This document shows, one piece after another, positions 25,010-37,085 of a DNA stretch of 39,649 nt (its first letter is position 1; each line of letters begins with the position of its first letter). The DNA is from Octopus bimaculoides. Lineage: Eukaryota. The notes beneath the pieces were generated by a model. It saw nothing but the letters and a program-made list of their open reading frames with translations, had not been told where the DNA came from and searched no databases. The translations under genes and the position numbers were made by a program. The stretch spans positions 55,419,201 through 55,458,849 of the forward strand of contig NC_068988.1 in the NCBI RefSeq assembly GCF_001194135.2. Reading direction: 5' to 3'.

Positions 25010-25475
25010 TGTCATTTTATGATATGATATATCTCTACTGTATTTCTCTGTGACACAGCCTTAATTAATTTGCTTTGTGATATTTTTTACTATGATATTC
25101 TGTGATACATCTCTAACCGAGTTGATAATCCATGATATATTTCTAATTATACTATTACTCTGTAATATACTCCAAGTAATGATACTGCTATATGACTATG
25201 ACATTATTCTGAGATATATTGCAAATTATGATAATGTTTTTATATATTTACCTGACTATGATGGCATTCTATCATATATCTCTTATAGTCATGTTGATCT
25301 GCAACATATCTCTACCTGAGATGTTGATCTATGACACATCTCTAGCTATGATGTTGATTTGTGATACATCTCTAACTATGATGTTAATTTGCAATATATC
25401 TCTATTTATGAGGTTAATCTGTGATATATTTCTAGCTATGATGTTGTATGATATATCTTTGGCTATGCTGTTGCT
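25010..25475. repeat. Degenerate 30-bp minisatellite (about 15 units)
   Basis: ATGTTGATCTGTGATATATCTCTAGCTATG-like unit; period clearest at 25290-25445. Confidence 0.8.
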
Positions 25476-25511
25476 AACACTTCCTTAATAAAATTAATAT
25501 TCTATTTACAG

Positions 25512-25660
25512 TTACAATACCCATTCCAGTCAAAGTTTTCTTGTGATTATAAACTAAATGCCAATGATCATATTGAATCTGTCTCTTGTCTTCAAAGGCA
25601 AGATTTTGAGGTCCTCAAACACTATGGTAATGTTGAAGCAACAGCTATGTTCAATGTAAG
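25512..25660 (+). CDS. LLTP exon 6: LQYPFQSKFSCDYKL...ESVSCLQRQDF...AMFNV(S)
   Basis: AG/GTGAGT; phase 0 to 2; C.Y.L and C...Q motifs. Confidence 0.92.
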
Positions 25661-25764
25661 GTGAGTACAACAAATATAATGATTGACAACTTAATAGCCA
25701 CATGAAAATAAGCAAAGCAAAGTTTCTTCTCAAGTCATATAGACTTGTAGGGACAGTTTCCCTG

Positions 25765-25898
25765 TTTCCATGCTTTATGGCACACTGGTTTGGTATAGAA
25801 TTACTCACTTTTGCCATCTGAGTGAACTGGAGCAATGTGAAATGGAGTGTTTAGTTGAAGAAAACAATGCACCATCTGGTCCAGGAATTGAAACCACC
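25765..25898 (-). mobile_element. SINE family C fragment
   Basis: Shares GAACTGGA(A/G)CAATGTGAAAT with the 20400-20590 copy. Confidence 0.55.
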
Positions 25899-26231
25899 TA
25901 CCAGTACCGCCTGACTGGCCTTCGTAGGATTTTCAAGCGAGATTGTTGCCAGTGCCCTTGGACTGGTTCTTGTGCAGGTGGCACATAAAATACACCATTT
26001 TGAGCGTGGCCGTTGCCAGTACCACCTGACTGGCCTTCATGCGGGTGACACGTAAAAGCACCCACTACACTCTCTGAGTGGTTGGCATTAGGAAGGGCAT
26101 CCAGCTGTAGAAACTCTGCCAAATCAGATTGGAGCCTGGTGTAGCCATCTGGTTTCACCAGTCCTCAGTCAAATCGTCCAACCCATGCTAGCATGGAAGG
26201 CGGACGTTAAACGATGATGATGATGATGATG
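25899..26231 (+). mobile_element. RTE-like 3' UTR fragment
   Basis: Same tail with internal subrepeats. Confidence 0.8.
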
Positions 26232-27445
26232 AATTCCATTATAGATTCAGCTAAAAGAAGTAGATCATCAGTATATTGGAATTCCTACAGACAGTAGGTC
26301 ATAAACTCCTCATTGATGACTTGTAGGACTATAATGAATAGAAGAGGGCTGATAACTGAAGCTTGATGAACTCCTATCTTCTCACAAAGCATTGCTGAAC
26401 TAATTGTTGACTCACCCTATTTATTGTACCTTTGTACTTTAGCTTGTACAAGCCTCACAGGTCATTTTTTTGCCCCATTGTATTTACTAGAATTTTCTTT
26501 AATGTTGCCTTATCAGATTATAATGAATTTCATGCAACCTTCAAATATAGAAAGGCTTCCTTCCTCTGATTTATACCATAGCACCTTAAATCTTCTCATA
26601 AAGATTAATTATGTAATTTAAATGTGGTGATAGTTTTTTTAACATACAGGTCATGTGCCTCATCTTTTGGAGGGTTCTGTGAATAAAAATATCAATTCAG
26701 TAACTTTAAACAAAGAAGAGTTCACTTTTGCTTTGCCCATTATCCTTTCCCTTGACCGAATAAAATGTAGTTTTCATGGCAGATATCTGTATCAATTTCA
26801 AACATTTGAATGTGTATTGCCCATAAATTAGCTGAAGCAGAGTTGAATAAGGATGGAGGAGGGGTTACTCAAAACAACAACATCATCAACAATTAATATT
26901 ATTCTTACCTCATGGCTAAATAGCAAATATCAGAAAAGGCATCCAACTGCACATGACTATCCTCTTAACTCCAGGCAATAAACTTGTCCTTTTCCTTAAT
27001 GGCATGTCAGTCATAGAGAATTTTTTATTCCGGAGGTTACCTCCCCTTCTCAACTGGAGCTTTCTCTTAAATGTCATTTGGTAATTACAATACATCTTCT
27101 GGAGGTGGAGATAATTCTAATAAACCAAGAATTTATGTTGGATGGTATTTGACCAACCTGTATTTGACTATTATTCAAAAACATGCTACTGGCCACTTAG
27201 AGTTATTTCCCTTAGGTCATTTTTATTGAAATTAAGTAAAGGATATCCTAGTTTCTTTAACAGTTTCTCTTGAATATTTTTGATCCATTTTAAACAGATT
27301 TTTCATTTAAAAATCAAAATCTTAATTTTTATTTTTGCAATGGTATTGTTTGGATTGGCAGAAAGCCATAAAAGACATTACCAATATAAATAAAGACTCA
27401 GATCCTTGAGCAGAACTTTATTTTCTCTCCTGATCCTAGTTTTAA

Positions 27446-27540
27446 CCCTTTAGCATTTAAAATGGCTGTATCCAACCCTAATTTTTTACCTGTTTTACAT
27501 TAAAACTGACCAGAATGGGCCTCTCACGCCTTCCCTAAAA
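27446..27540 (-). mobile_element. Truncated piggyBac-type MITE
   Basis: TTAACCCTTTAGCATTTAAA end; aligns to 31738-31830. Confidence 0.6.
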
Positions 27541-27696
27541 AGGATGAGGCTGTGTGGTAAGAAGCTTGCTTCTCAACCGCATAGTTCTGGGTTCAGTCCC
27601 TCTGCATGGCACCTTGGGTAAGTGTCTTCTATCATAGCCTCGTGCTGACCAAAGCTTTGTGAGTGGATTTGGTAAACAAAAACTGAAAGAAGCTTG

Positions 27697-27750
<54 letters not shown>

Positions 27751-27752
27751 AT

Positions 27753-27792
<40 letters not shown>

Positions 27793-27830
27793 ACATATAT
27801 ATGTGTATATATATCTATGTGTGTGTGTGA
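27540..27830 (+). mobile_element. SINE family A, 5' half ending in TA/TG microsatellite
   Basis: Aligns to the family head. Confidence 0.8.
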
Positions 27831-28239
27831 TTTTTGTTTGAACACTTTTAAAACATTAATTAAATGTTTAGCAGATATATTTTCAGCATTTTTTTTACAA
27901 CCATCAGAGCTTGAAGGGCTCCTCACAAACACATGTTTGTGAGATGGTTGTGATCTGTAAACAGTTTTGAGTAGGAACTGGAAAAAGAAGTATGAGCACG
28001 CAGTGCATATGTGCACACTGAATTCGTAAAACAGAAGAGAAGGATAAAAATGCAATGCACAAGTGATAAATAAAATGGAAGAGAAGAATAAAACAAGTTA
28101 TATGGTGGTCTGCATGCCACATCTGACTCTACTATTACACAGCTTTGCTGCAAATTTCTTGTCTCTTCTGACTTTGAACTTCCATGTTATTTGTTTTTTT
28201 TGTTAATTTCTTATTAATTTTTTTCTTTTATTCATTCAG

Positions 28240-28555
28240 TCAATCTTTAGTATTGAAGAAAATAGCCAAAGGAAAATCAAGTTTGAAATTACCAAGAGAT
28301 TCAATTCGGAAAACAACCCTACCTTTTGAATTTGAAGCTGACAAAACAGAAAACCCTTCAAGTGTTTCGGAAATAGTTGAAGGGTTGGATAAAATTGCTG
28401 AGGCTTATGAGAATGATAAACTGAATACAATGTCAGGGCATTTTTTCAATTTAATTAAGATGACCAGAAGCGCAGATCAAAAAGCTCTTGAAAAAGTGTT
28501 TTCTAAGTTCCGTAATTGTCCTCGGAGTGATGACCAATGTCAATTAGGAATTGCT
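28240..28555 (+). CDS. LLTP exon 7: SQSLVLKK...TTLPFEFE...FFNLIKMTRSADQKALEKV...QLGIA
   Basis: AG/GTGAGT; 316 nt = 1 + 105 codons; barrel end and start of the alpha-helical domain. Confidence 0.93.
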
Positions 28556-28772
28556 GTGAGTCGGTATTCTTTGTTATTTTAATTTTCTAAGTTTTTTATC
28601 TTTTCTTATATCTTTCATTTGTTTCAGTGATTGGACTACAACCATACAGTTTAAATCTAGATCACTCGTCTCAGCCATGTGTGATAATTAAAGCAGTTTT
28701 AGAGTCATTTGACATCTAGCATGGGGCTCTACCATACAGTTACCCTTATTATAATTATTATAAAAAATTATA

Positions 28773-28805
<33 letters not shown>

Positions 28806-28807
<2 letters not shown>

Positions 28808-29190
28808 CTGTACCCAGCGTCGCCTTCCTGGCACTTGGGCCAGTGGCATGTGCAAAGACAATCAAGCGAGATTGTTGCTAGTGTCACTGGACTGGCTTCT
28901 GTGCAGGTGGCACGCAAAATACACCATTTTGAGCGTGGCCGTTGCCAGTACCGCCTGACTGGCCTTCGTGCCGGTGGCACATAAAAGCACCCACTACACT
29001 CTCGGAGTGGTTGGCATTAGGAAGGGCATCCAGCTGTGGAAACTCTGCCAGATCAGATTGGAGCCAGGTGCAGCCATCTGGTTCACCAGTCCTCAGTCAA
29101 ATTGTCCAACCCATGCTAGCATGGAAAGCGGACGTTAAACGATGATGATGAGGAGGAGGAAGATGATGATATATATGAAAGATGATGATA
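28806..29190 (+). mobile_element. RTE-like 3' UTR fragment
   Basis: Same tail. Confidence 0.8.
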
Positions 29191-29852
29191 TATATGCAAT
29201 TTTAAAGATGCATTTTCAAACCTTCTTTCATATATATTTCCNNNNNNNNNNNNNNNNNNNNNNNNNNNNNNNNNNNNNNNNNNNNNNNNNNNNNNNNNNN
29301 NNNNNNNNNNNNNNNNNNNNNNNNNNNNNNNNNNNNNNNNNNNNNNNNNNNNNNNNNNNNNNNNNNNNNNNNNNNNNNNNNNNNNNNNNNNNNNNNNNNN
29401 NNNNNNNNNNNNNNNNNNNNNNNNNNNNNNNNNNNNNNNNNNNNNNNNNNNNNNNNNNNNNNNNNNNNNNNNNNNNNNNNNNNNNNNNNNNNNNNNNNNN
29501 NNNNNNNNNNNNNNNNNNNNNNNNNNNNNNNNNNNNNNNNNNNNNNNNNNNNNNNNNNNNNNNNNNNNNNNNNNNNNNNNNNNNNNNNNNNNNNNNNNNN
29601 NNNNNNNNNNNNNNNNNNNNNNNNNNNNNNNNNNNNNNNNNNNNNNNNNNNNNNNNNNNNNNNNNNNNNNNNNNNNNNNNNNNNNNNNNNNNNNNNNNNN
29701 NNNNNNNNNNNNNNNNNNNNNNNNNNNNNNNNNNNNNNNNNNNNNNNNATTGAAACTCGAAGCAGATACAGCTGTGAATAAATAGTGGTTAAATACTGAG
29801 TTAAAATTTCTTTGGATAGTTTTGAGTTTCAATGTTCCAAAAAAGAACTTTA

Positions 29853-29896
<44 letters not shown>

Positions 29897-29957
29897 TACA
29901 CATACACATACACATAACAGCAGTATATAGAATACAATACATACATATATATAGTAT

Positions 29958-30105
29958 GAGTTCCCACAAAGTTTCCATTAACTAAATTCACTCACAAGGC
30001 TTTGGTTATAGATAAAAAGACACTTTCCCAAGGTGCTGCACAGTGGGACTGAACCTGAAAGCTCATAGTTGCAAATCAAGCTTCTTAACCGCACAGCTAT
30101 TCTTG
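29958..30105 (-). mobile_element. SINE family A head
   Basis: Reverse-complement similarity. Confidence 0.7.
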
Positions 30106-30174
30106 TGATTTCAATAAGTGAATTTAGTTCCTATACTTATTGACTTATTCATGTCTGTGATTATATATCGGAAT

Positions 30175-30420
30175 ATGTAAGGACTGGACAATCAGAATCA
30201 TTAGCCCACTAGGCAAAATGCTTGGCGGAATTTCGTCTGTCTTTATGTTCTGAGTTCAAATGCTGCCGAGGTCGACTTTGCCTTTCATCCTTTTGGAGTC
30301 GATGAAGTAAGTACCAGTTATGTACTGAAGTTAATCTAATCAACTTATCCCCTCCCACCAAAACCTGCTGGCCTTTTGCCAAAATTTGAAACCATTATTA
30401 TTATTATTATTATTATTATT
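30175..30420 (+). mobile_element. SINE family B with (ATT)n tail
   Basis: Family alignment. Confidence 0.8.
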
Positions 30421-30476
30421 AGTATGATCATTATGATGACAACGATGATGATGATTATTATTATTCTCACTAATAG

Positions 30477-30647
30477 GCTTTGAAGGAGATAATATATATG
30501 GATGTCCTAAGTAACTGTGGAGAGAAAAAATGTATTAAAGCTGTTGTGAAAAACTTGGCCAAACTTACTGACTGGAAAAAGAATACCTTTTTACTCAACC
30601 TGAACCTCTATTCTGATGTTGATGAAGAGATCCTGAATGATTTACTG
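30477..30647 (+). CDS. LLTP exon 8: ALKEIIYMDVLSNCGEKKCIKAVV...DEEILNDLL
   Basis: AG/GTAAGA; 57 codons; D.L..CG...C helical-domain motif. Confidence 0.9.
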
Positions 30648-31439
30648 GTAAGATATATTTTATTTGTTCATAGAAACACTCTGTGCATTGTTACTTGAAG
30701 CATGTGTTTGTAACAGGCTAAAATAAATGTTTATCTTTCTGCACAAGCAAAAGTTGTAAAAGATAGAAATAATAATGTTTAACATGTAACTAGTTTTCTA
30801 TTTAGTTCTGCTCTAAATAATGACTGGTATTTTCCATACTGATTAGACTATCATTTCCAGGAGTTAGAAACTATGCTTTGAAAGAGAATTCACCAAATAT
30901 TTTAATGATTACCAGCTAATTTGTTTTTGTTTGCAAGATTTTTGATGTGAACTCATGTGTCAAAATATTTTTGTCTTCTTTGACACCCTTCTGGCAACTC
31001 CAGGGTAGTTGGAGCTCTCCAGCCTTGTAACGCAATCCACCTAGGAGATGGCCACTTCATTGTAAAACCTACAACTTACTGCTCACTGCAGCTGTCTTAA
31101 CCTGTTGAGGCACTGTAATCAGACCTCCAAGTCTAAAGAGTGGGATCAGATTGTGTGGACTAACTCTCACTTTAAATCTACTAATTGCAGACAAGAAGAA
31201 AAGCCATGCAATATCAAGGATCAGTTTATATAATCACTTGAAGGCATGCTACTCTTCTTCATGTTCTTTGGACAGGAAGAAACTTCCATCATTTTCGCCA
31301 ACACTACATAATTTATAGTAATCTTGTACCATTTACCCCAACATGTACCGTTTATACCATTTAGACCATCACTGAACAGTTAGCTCAACACTATGCAATT
31401 TTCATCAACACTGTATCGTTTATTTCAACATTGAGCCAC

Positions 31440-31700
31440 TTAATCCATCACTGTACTGCTGGTGGCACAAAATAAAAGCATCCAACATACTCTGTAAAGC
31501 AATTTGCATTAGGAAGGGCATCCAGCCATAGAAACCATGCCCCAGCAAACAATTGGAGTCTGGATAGCTCTCTGGCTGGCAGATCCCTGGCTGGGCATCT
31601 CCCTGGCTGGGCAGCTCCCTGGCTGGGCAGCTATCTGGTTGGCCAGCTCCTGTCAAACCCTCCAGCCCATGGAAAACAAACATTAAATAAATGGTGATGC
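31440..31700 (+). mobile_element. Diverged RTE-like 3' UTR fragment with a 16-bp tandem expansion (CCCTGGCTGGGCAGCT x3)
   Basis: AGGAAGGGCATCCAGC block and degenerate tail. Confidence 0.65.
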
Positions 31701-31737
31701 ACTGTTACTGCTTCTCGTCAGTCACTCTTTGCCTTAA

Positions 31738-31957
31738 CTCTTTAACATTCAAACCAACCATTTCTGGCCAAATTATTTTACCTGTTTTATCTTCAAACTG
31801 GTCAGATCTTGCCTCTCACACTTACCCTACAATGTCATTCTAAAATTAAACAATCATATCATTGAAATTTCAAAGTTACAAAGTAAAACATAACTGATTC
31901 AAATCTATGTGAATAGATAAACATTACATTTCACGGAGAACTCTGAATGCTAAACGG
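31738..31957 (-). mobile_element. piggyBac-type MITE
   Basis: TTAA flanks at 31734-37 and 31958-61; reverse complement of the 36469-36684 family. Confidence 0.72.
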
Positions 31958-31999
31958 TTAAGACAAATTATAATTAAATCTTTTGTTGTTTTTCAACAG

Positions 32000-32095
32000 A
32001 ACGTTTGTAAAAAAGAAAAGCTGAATGCTTGTACAACTTTAACGAATCTTGTTGTTACCTATGCCAAGACAGCAAATCCTCATGAAATAAAACAG
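32000..32095 (+). CDS. LLTP exon 9: NVCKKEKLNACTTLTNLVVTYAKTANPHEIKQ
   Basis: tttcaacAG acceptor, GTGAGT donor; 32 codons, phase 0-0. Confidence 0.88.
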
Positions 32096-32593
32096 GTGAG
32101 TATTCTATATTTGGATTATTGGTTTGTTTACAGTTGCAATGTTTTAATGGATATAGAATTCTCACTTTATTTAAGTGTATATATCTTTCTTGACAGTGGG
32201 GTAGGATTGAAGTTAAAGTTGGAGTTACCCCTCAGCCAAGTTCTTGAGTTATAAGATTGTTGCCAACTTGCAGGTAGTCTGTCAGTCTATTTCTAGATAT
32301 TTCAGGCATAAACAGACATTTCCAATAAAATGTTTATAAAATTATCTCTTCGGTCTTATATTTCCATTAGGTGGGTTACCTTCTCAGGTAAATAGAGATA
32401 TGCTTATATTCAGATAGGAGATCCCATCAATCTTTAATCTAAACTAAAACAACTGTTTTACTTTCACATGGATATTGTTAACTTTAAGTAGACAGTTCTC
32501 AATGCAAACAAACCTCTTTTGAAGGTTCCTAGCAAGGTTTAGTCATATATCACTGAAATAACTTTGCTTATTAGTTTATTACACCACCAAATG

Positions 32594-32985
32594 TTGTTGT
32601 TGTTATTGGCACTCCGTCGCTTACAACGTCGAGGATTCCAGTTGATCCAATCAGCAGAACAGCCTGCTCGTGAAATTAACGTGCAAGTGGCTGAGCACTC
32701 CACAGACACGTGTACCCTTAACGTAGTTCTTGGGGATATTCAGCATGACACAGTGTGACAAGGCTGACCCTTTGAATTACAGGCACAACAGAAACAGGAA
32801 GTAAGAGTGAGAGAAAGTTGTGGTGGAAAAGTACAGCAGGGTTCGCCACCATCCCCTGCCGGAGCCTCGTGGAGCTTTAGGTGTTTTCGCTCAATAAACA
32901 CTTACAATGCCCGATTTGGGAATCGAAACTGCGATCCTATGACCGCGAGTCCGCTGCCTTAACCACTGGGCCATTGCGCCTCCAC
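32594..32985 (-). mobile_element. SINE family D
   Basis: Reverse complement of the 934-1309 family; 13-bp TSD ACACCACCAAATG. Confidence 0.9.
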
Positions 32986-33383
32986 ACACCACCAAATGAC
33001 AGATTCTATTCAACATTCAGTTTGGTAGAAACAGTAGCCAAATCTCTCTCAAATTACAGTCTGTTGTTCTTAAAAGTAAAGAATGCTTTAGATGATATAG
33101 GCCAAAGGTAAAATAAATGAAACTGTCGTGACCTTTGGTCATTGATCTGCTGGATCAAGACTAAAATTGGGCTAAATTACATTTTAAGAAAAACACTTGT
33201 GTGTTGAGAGTGTTGCTGTACTCTTTTTCCAAATGCAAGTGTCGATTTCTTATCAGGCAGGAAAGCAGCATTTTAGGTGCTTCAGCTCCACCCATCATAC
33301 CACCAGAACTAGCCTGGGCCACCCACTGATGTAAGTGACAAAACCTCTGCACAACAGCACAATCACTATTAAGTTAAATATTG

Positions 33384-33503
33384 CACCTCTTGGCCAGATG
33401 TTGTGACTCTTGGCCAGATGTTGTGACTCTAGGCCAGATGTAACACCTCTTGGCCAGATGTTGCACCCCTTGGCCAGATGTTATGACTCTAGACCAGATG
33501 TTC
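33384..33503. repeat. 20-bp tandem repeat, 6 units
   Basis: (CAC/TGA)CTCTTGGCCAGATGTTG units read directly. Confidence 0.9.
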
Positions 33504-33675
33504 CTCAATGCTACTTCTTGCTGCACCACTCCAACTCTCTTCTGTGATGAGGAGTGGCTTGCTTTCTCAGCAACTTGCAATAATTTTTTGGCAACATGCA
33601 ACATCCTTTTAATCCTTCATAGCTAGTCTGAGCTTACTTAGCATTGAGTAAACCCTGGTTCCAACAAATCCTCTA

Positions 33676-33886
33676 CGAAGGAGTGCTGAAAAGTTTCTGA
33701 CTTTAGGTAAAAGAAATTACAAGAAGATCAATTATGATTTTTTCAACATATTTCCCTCTCAGATTCACACACTTATTGTAACAGTTCTTCAGTTTTTCTA
33801 AGCCCTGTAAAAGAACTCAGAAGGTGGAGCCTCCAACCAGGCTTTCACAATACTTATAAAGCCAGGAACTTTTCAGTACCCTCTCG
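33676..33886 (-). mobile_element. Mariner-derived MITE
   Basis: TA flanks; ~25-bp imperfect TIRs (GCTGAAAAGTT..../....AACTTTTCAG); reverse copy of 38115-38331. Confidence 0.8.
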
Positions 33887-34401
33887 TAACGTCTACCTCT
33901 ACAGGTAGGGATATTGCCGGCCATCCATTGTTTCCATAGAGGTCAACCAACTCACTGTAGAATTATTACCTTAGTTATCTCTATATTACGTTTATGAATT
34001 TGTGTTGACAGAGACACACACAGACACACAGACACACACTCACACATACAGACATGCAAATACAGACGCAAACACATACGTAGATAAGGACACACATCAT
34101 AGAAGGATAGAATGGACTAAGTGGAGCAGAAGAATACATGAGGATGGAAAGTGTCGCTGAAGAGGTCATAGATGTGTGATGAAAGATTTCTGGATAATGG
34201 ACATCAGTTAGAATAAGAACAGTAATAAATGAGTGAAGAATGAATATATAGTGTGTGTGTTTATTTGGCAAAAAAAAAAAAAATGACCATACTGAAAGAT
34301 AACAATATCTATATTATTCTTTATTTAGAAAACAATAGAGTTAAAGGGTCAGTCCTATTAGATAACCCTTAAAATGACTGTACTTTGTTATTAATTTTCA
34401 G

Positions 34402-34503
34402 CCCAACAATCCTGTGTATGATACCCTTGACTTCTACTACCAGTTACTCAACAAATTTGGCCATAGTGACAAAGATGAAATTAATACCATTTGGATTTTA
34501 AAG
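34402..34503 (+). CDS. LLTP exon 10: PNNPVYDTLDFYYQLLNKFGHSDKDEINTIWILK
   Basis: AG/GTAGGA; 34 codons, phase 0-0; ends ILK, completing the LK(A)LGN-like motif with the next exon. Confidence 0.88.
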
Positions 34504-34847
34504 GTAGGATTTTTCTGTGATTGTTTGTTAATTTGTCTTGGTTTAGANNNNNNNNNNNNNNNNNNNNNNNNNNNNNNNNNNNNNNNNNNNNNNNNNNNNN
34601 NNNNNNNNNNNNNNNNNNNNNNNNNNNNNNNNNNNNNNNNNNNNNNNNNNNNNNNNNNNNNNNNNNNNNNNNNNNNNNNNNNNNNNNNNNNNNNNNNNNN
34701 NNNNNNNNNNNNNNNNNNNNNNNNNNNNNNNNNNNNNNNNNNNNNNNNNNNNNNNNNNNNNNNNNNNNNNNNNNNNCTTTACACACACACACACACACAA
34801 ACCATGCAATCCCTTATTTCAATCTTGCATCATCTCTGTGATTACTC

Positions 34848-35248
34848 TTTTACTTGTTTCAGTCATTTGACTGTGGCCATGCTGGAGCACCACCTTTAGT
34901 CAAGCAAATTGACCCCAGGACTTATTCTTTGTAAGCCTAGTACTTATTCTATCGGTCTCTTTTGCTGAACCACTAAGTTACAGGGACGTAAACACATGAG
35001 CATCAGTTGTCAAGCGATGTTGGGGGACAAACACAGACACACAAACATATACACACACACACATATATATATATACATACATATGACGGGCCTCTTTTAT
35101 TTTCTGTCTACCAAATCCACTCACAAAGCTTTAGTCGACCCGAGGCTATAGTAGAAGACACTTGCTCAAAGTGCCACGTAGTGGGACTGAACCCAGAACC
35201 ATGTGCTTTGTAAGCAAGCTACTCAACACACAGTCACTCCTACACCTA
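34848..35248 (-). mobile_element. SINE family A, full length
   Basis: Reverse complement aligns end to end. Confidence 0.88.
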
Positions 35249-35299
35249 CAATTGATTAAAATTATTTTGTTTCTAAATATTCTGTTTTCCTTTTTTTAG

Positions 35300-35416
35300 G
35301 GTTTGGAAACTCTTGGACCCCTGGTTCCAAATGTTTACAGAAAGATCATTCCAGATGTTATAAAATGTGCAGAGAGTACCCACCATAGTTTAGCAATGCG
35401 CAAATCAGCAATTCGG
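35300..35416 (+). CDS. LLTP exon 11: GLETLGPLVPNVYRKIIPDVIKCAESTHHSLAMRKSAIR
   Basis: AG/GTAAGT; 39 codons; R.SAI.AL motif spans the junction with exon 12. Confidence 0.9.
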
Positions 35417-36216
35417 GTAAGTTGAATGGGTTTCTAGTCATCTATTTTACGGCAACTGTTTATTCTTTATTATTTTCCCAACAAATTTCTGTTGACTCAG
35501 AATACACATAGAGACAAGGGTGTTTAAATATCATCATTGTGTTTTTTTCCCTTGTTGTATAGTGTTTATAGTCTTTTATAGTCAGGGGCCCTTCCTGGCA
35601 TCAGCCATTTTAGCCACCAGAATATAGTGCACATATTTAAATAAACTAGAATGTATGTATGTACGTATGTATATACGTATGTATGTATGTATGTATGTAT
35701 GTATGTATGCCATTATTCAGTTATATTTCAAGATTTCTTGCAAATACAGAAAAAGCTGGGTTCTAACCTAGATTCAAGTCTCCTTCATTGGAATTTCAAC
35801 GTCAACAACAGGGTATGTATGTATGTATGTATGTATGTATGTATGTATGTTCTCTTCTGTTTTTTTATTGTTTGAAATCTTCCTCTGAAGAGGGAGCTGG
35901 TTTCTAACAAAGGTACAATGCTTCATTTTTGGATTGTAAATTGCAAAAATAAATTAACATTTTAAACTTGAGAAAAGTCTTGCATAGTTTTACTGTTCCA
36001 CATACAGATTGTTTTTGTACAGAGTGAATTAACTGGTTGATTTCTTTTTTTGAGAATCTCAGTTTATCCATATTGTCACTTAGGCATTTACTAACAAAAC
36101 TCAGTGCAAAAATAAAAAAAAATTTAAATAAATAATTCTTGTCATACTGCCTTTTATTTCACTGTTTCCCTTGATATGTGAAAACCACTGTTTATATTTA
36201 TTTTTTCTTGAGACAG

Positions 36217-36458
36217 GCTTTGAAAGCAATGGATTGTGATCCAACCATTGAAGCAGCAATGAAAAATTTACTGAAAGACAACTATGATTCAGTTAGTATT
36301 CGAACAGAAGCTTTCATTGTTTTGGATAAATGTGAAAAGAAAGACATAACCAAATTCTTAGTGGGATGGATCCAAAAAGAGAGGATACAGGAAATGAAAA
36401 TTTTCATGCAAACCTACGTTAAAGGTATCCTGCAGTCTGAAGATAAGAAATTAGAAAA
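36217..36458 (+). CDS. LLTP exon 12 (last in window): ALKAMDCD...IRTEAFIVLDKC...ERIQEMKIFMQTYVKGILQSEDKKLE
   Basis: AG/GTAAGT; 242 nt, ends in phase 2 with no stop, so the gene continues beyond the window; matches the end of Vitellogenin_N. Confidence 0.93.
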
Positions 36459-36468
36459 GTAAGTTTAA

Positions 36469-36684
36469 CCCTTTAGCAATCAGATTATTCTGTCAAATGC
36501 AACACTTATTTATTCACATTGCTTTGAATTAATCATACATTATCTCAAAGCTTTGAAATATTGATATGACTGTATATTTTTAGAATAACACTGTAGGGTA
36601 GATGTGAGAGGCCAGACCTGACTAGTTTGAACAAGAAGAGATGGAATATTTGGGCCAAATATCGCCAGTTTAAATGCTAAAGAG
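36469..36684 (+). mobile_element. piggyBac-type MITE
   Basis: TTAA on both sides; CCCTTTAGCA.../...TGCTAAAGAG TIRs; four copies in the window. Confidence 0.75.
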
Positions 36685-36837
36685 TTAATATCTATGTTCT
36701 TTTTCTATAACCTTCTTCTCATTCTGCTTTATTGATCCAGCTAACACCTCAACAGGTCACTATCTCCTCATCTAGTTAATTTTCAGTCATCACAGATAAT
36801 TTTCTTGCTTACTAGTTTTATCACTATTTAATCATCT

Positions 36838-37060
36838 AAAGGCAGCGAGCTGGTAGAATCGTTAGCATGTTGGCCAAAATGCTTAGCAGCATTTTATTTG
36901 TCTTTACATTTTGAGTTCAAATGACACTGAAGTCGACTTCACCTTTTATCCTTTTAAGGTTGATAAAATAAGCACCAGTCGAGTACTAGAGTTGATTTAA
37001 CTGACTTAACTCCTCTCCTGAACTTGCTAACCTTGTGTGAAAATTTGAAATCAATATGAA
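36838..37060 (+). mobile_element. SINE family B, diverged
   Basis: Family alignment. Confidence 0.75.
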
Positions 37061-37085
37061 ATCATCTGTTTATAAATTCCCTTAA

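Noticed and set aside
934-32985. tRNA genes
   Set aside because: All tRNA-like segments are SINE heads lacking a complete acceptor stem and followed by repeat bodies.
25010-33503. CRISPR-like arrays
   Set aside because: The repeats are contiguous with no unique spacers, in eukaryotic intron context with no cas genes.
9288-34899. Long ORFs in the supplied track
   Set aside because: They run through N gaps or microsatellites (HTHT, YIYI, NNNN). Track ORFs at 28184, 30480, 34414 and 36178 overlap real exons but begin at intronic codons.
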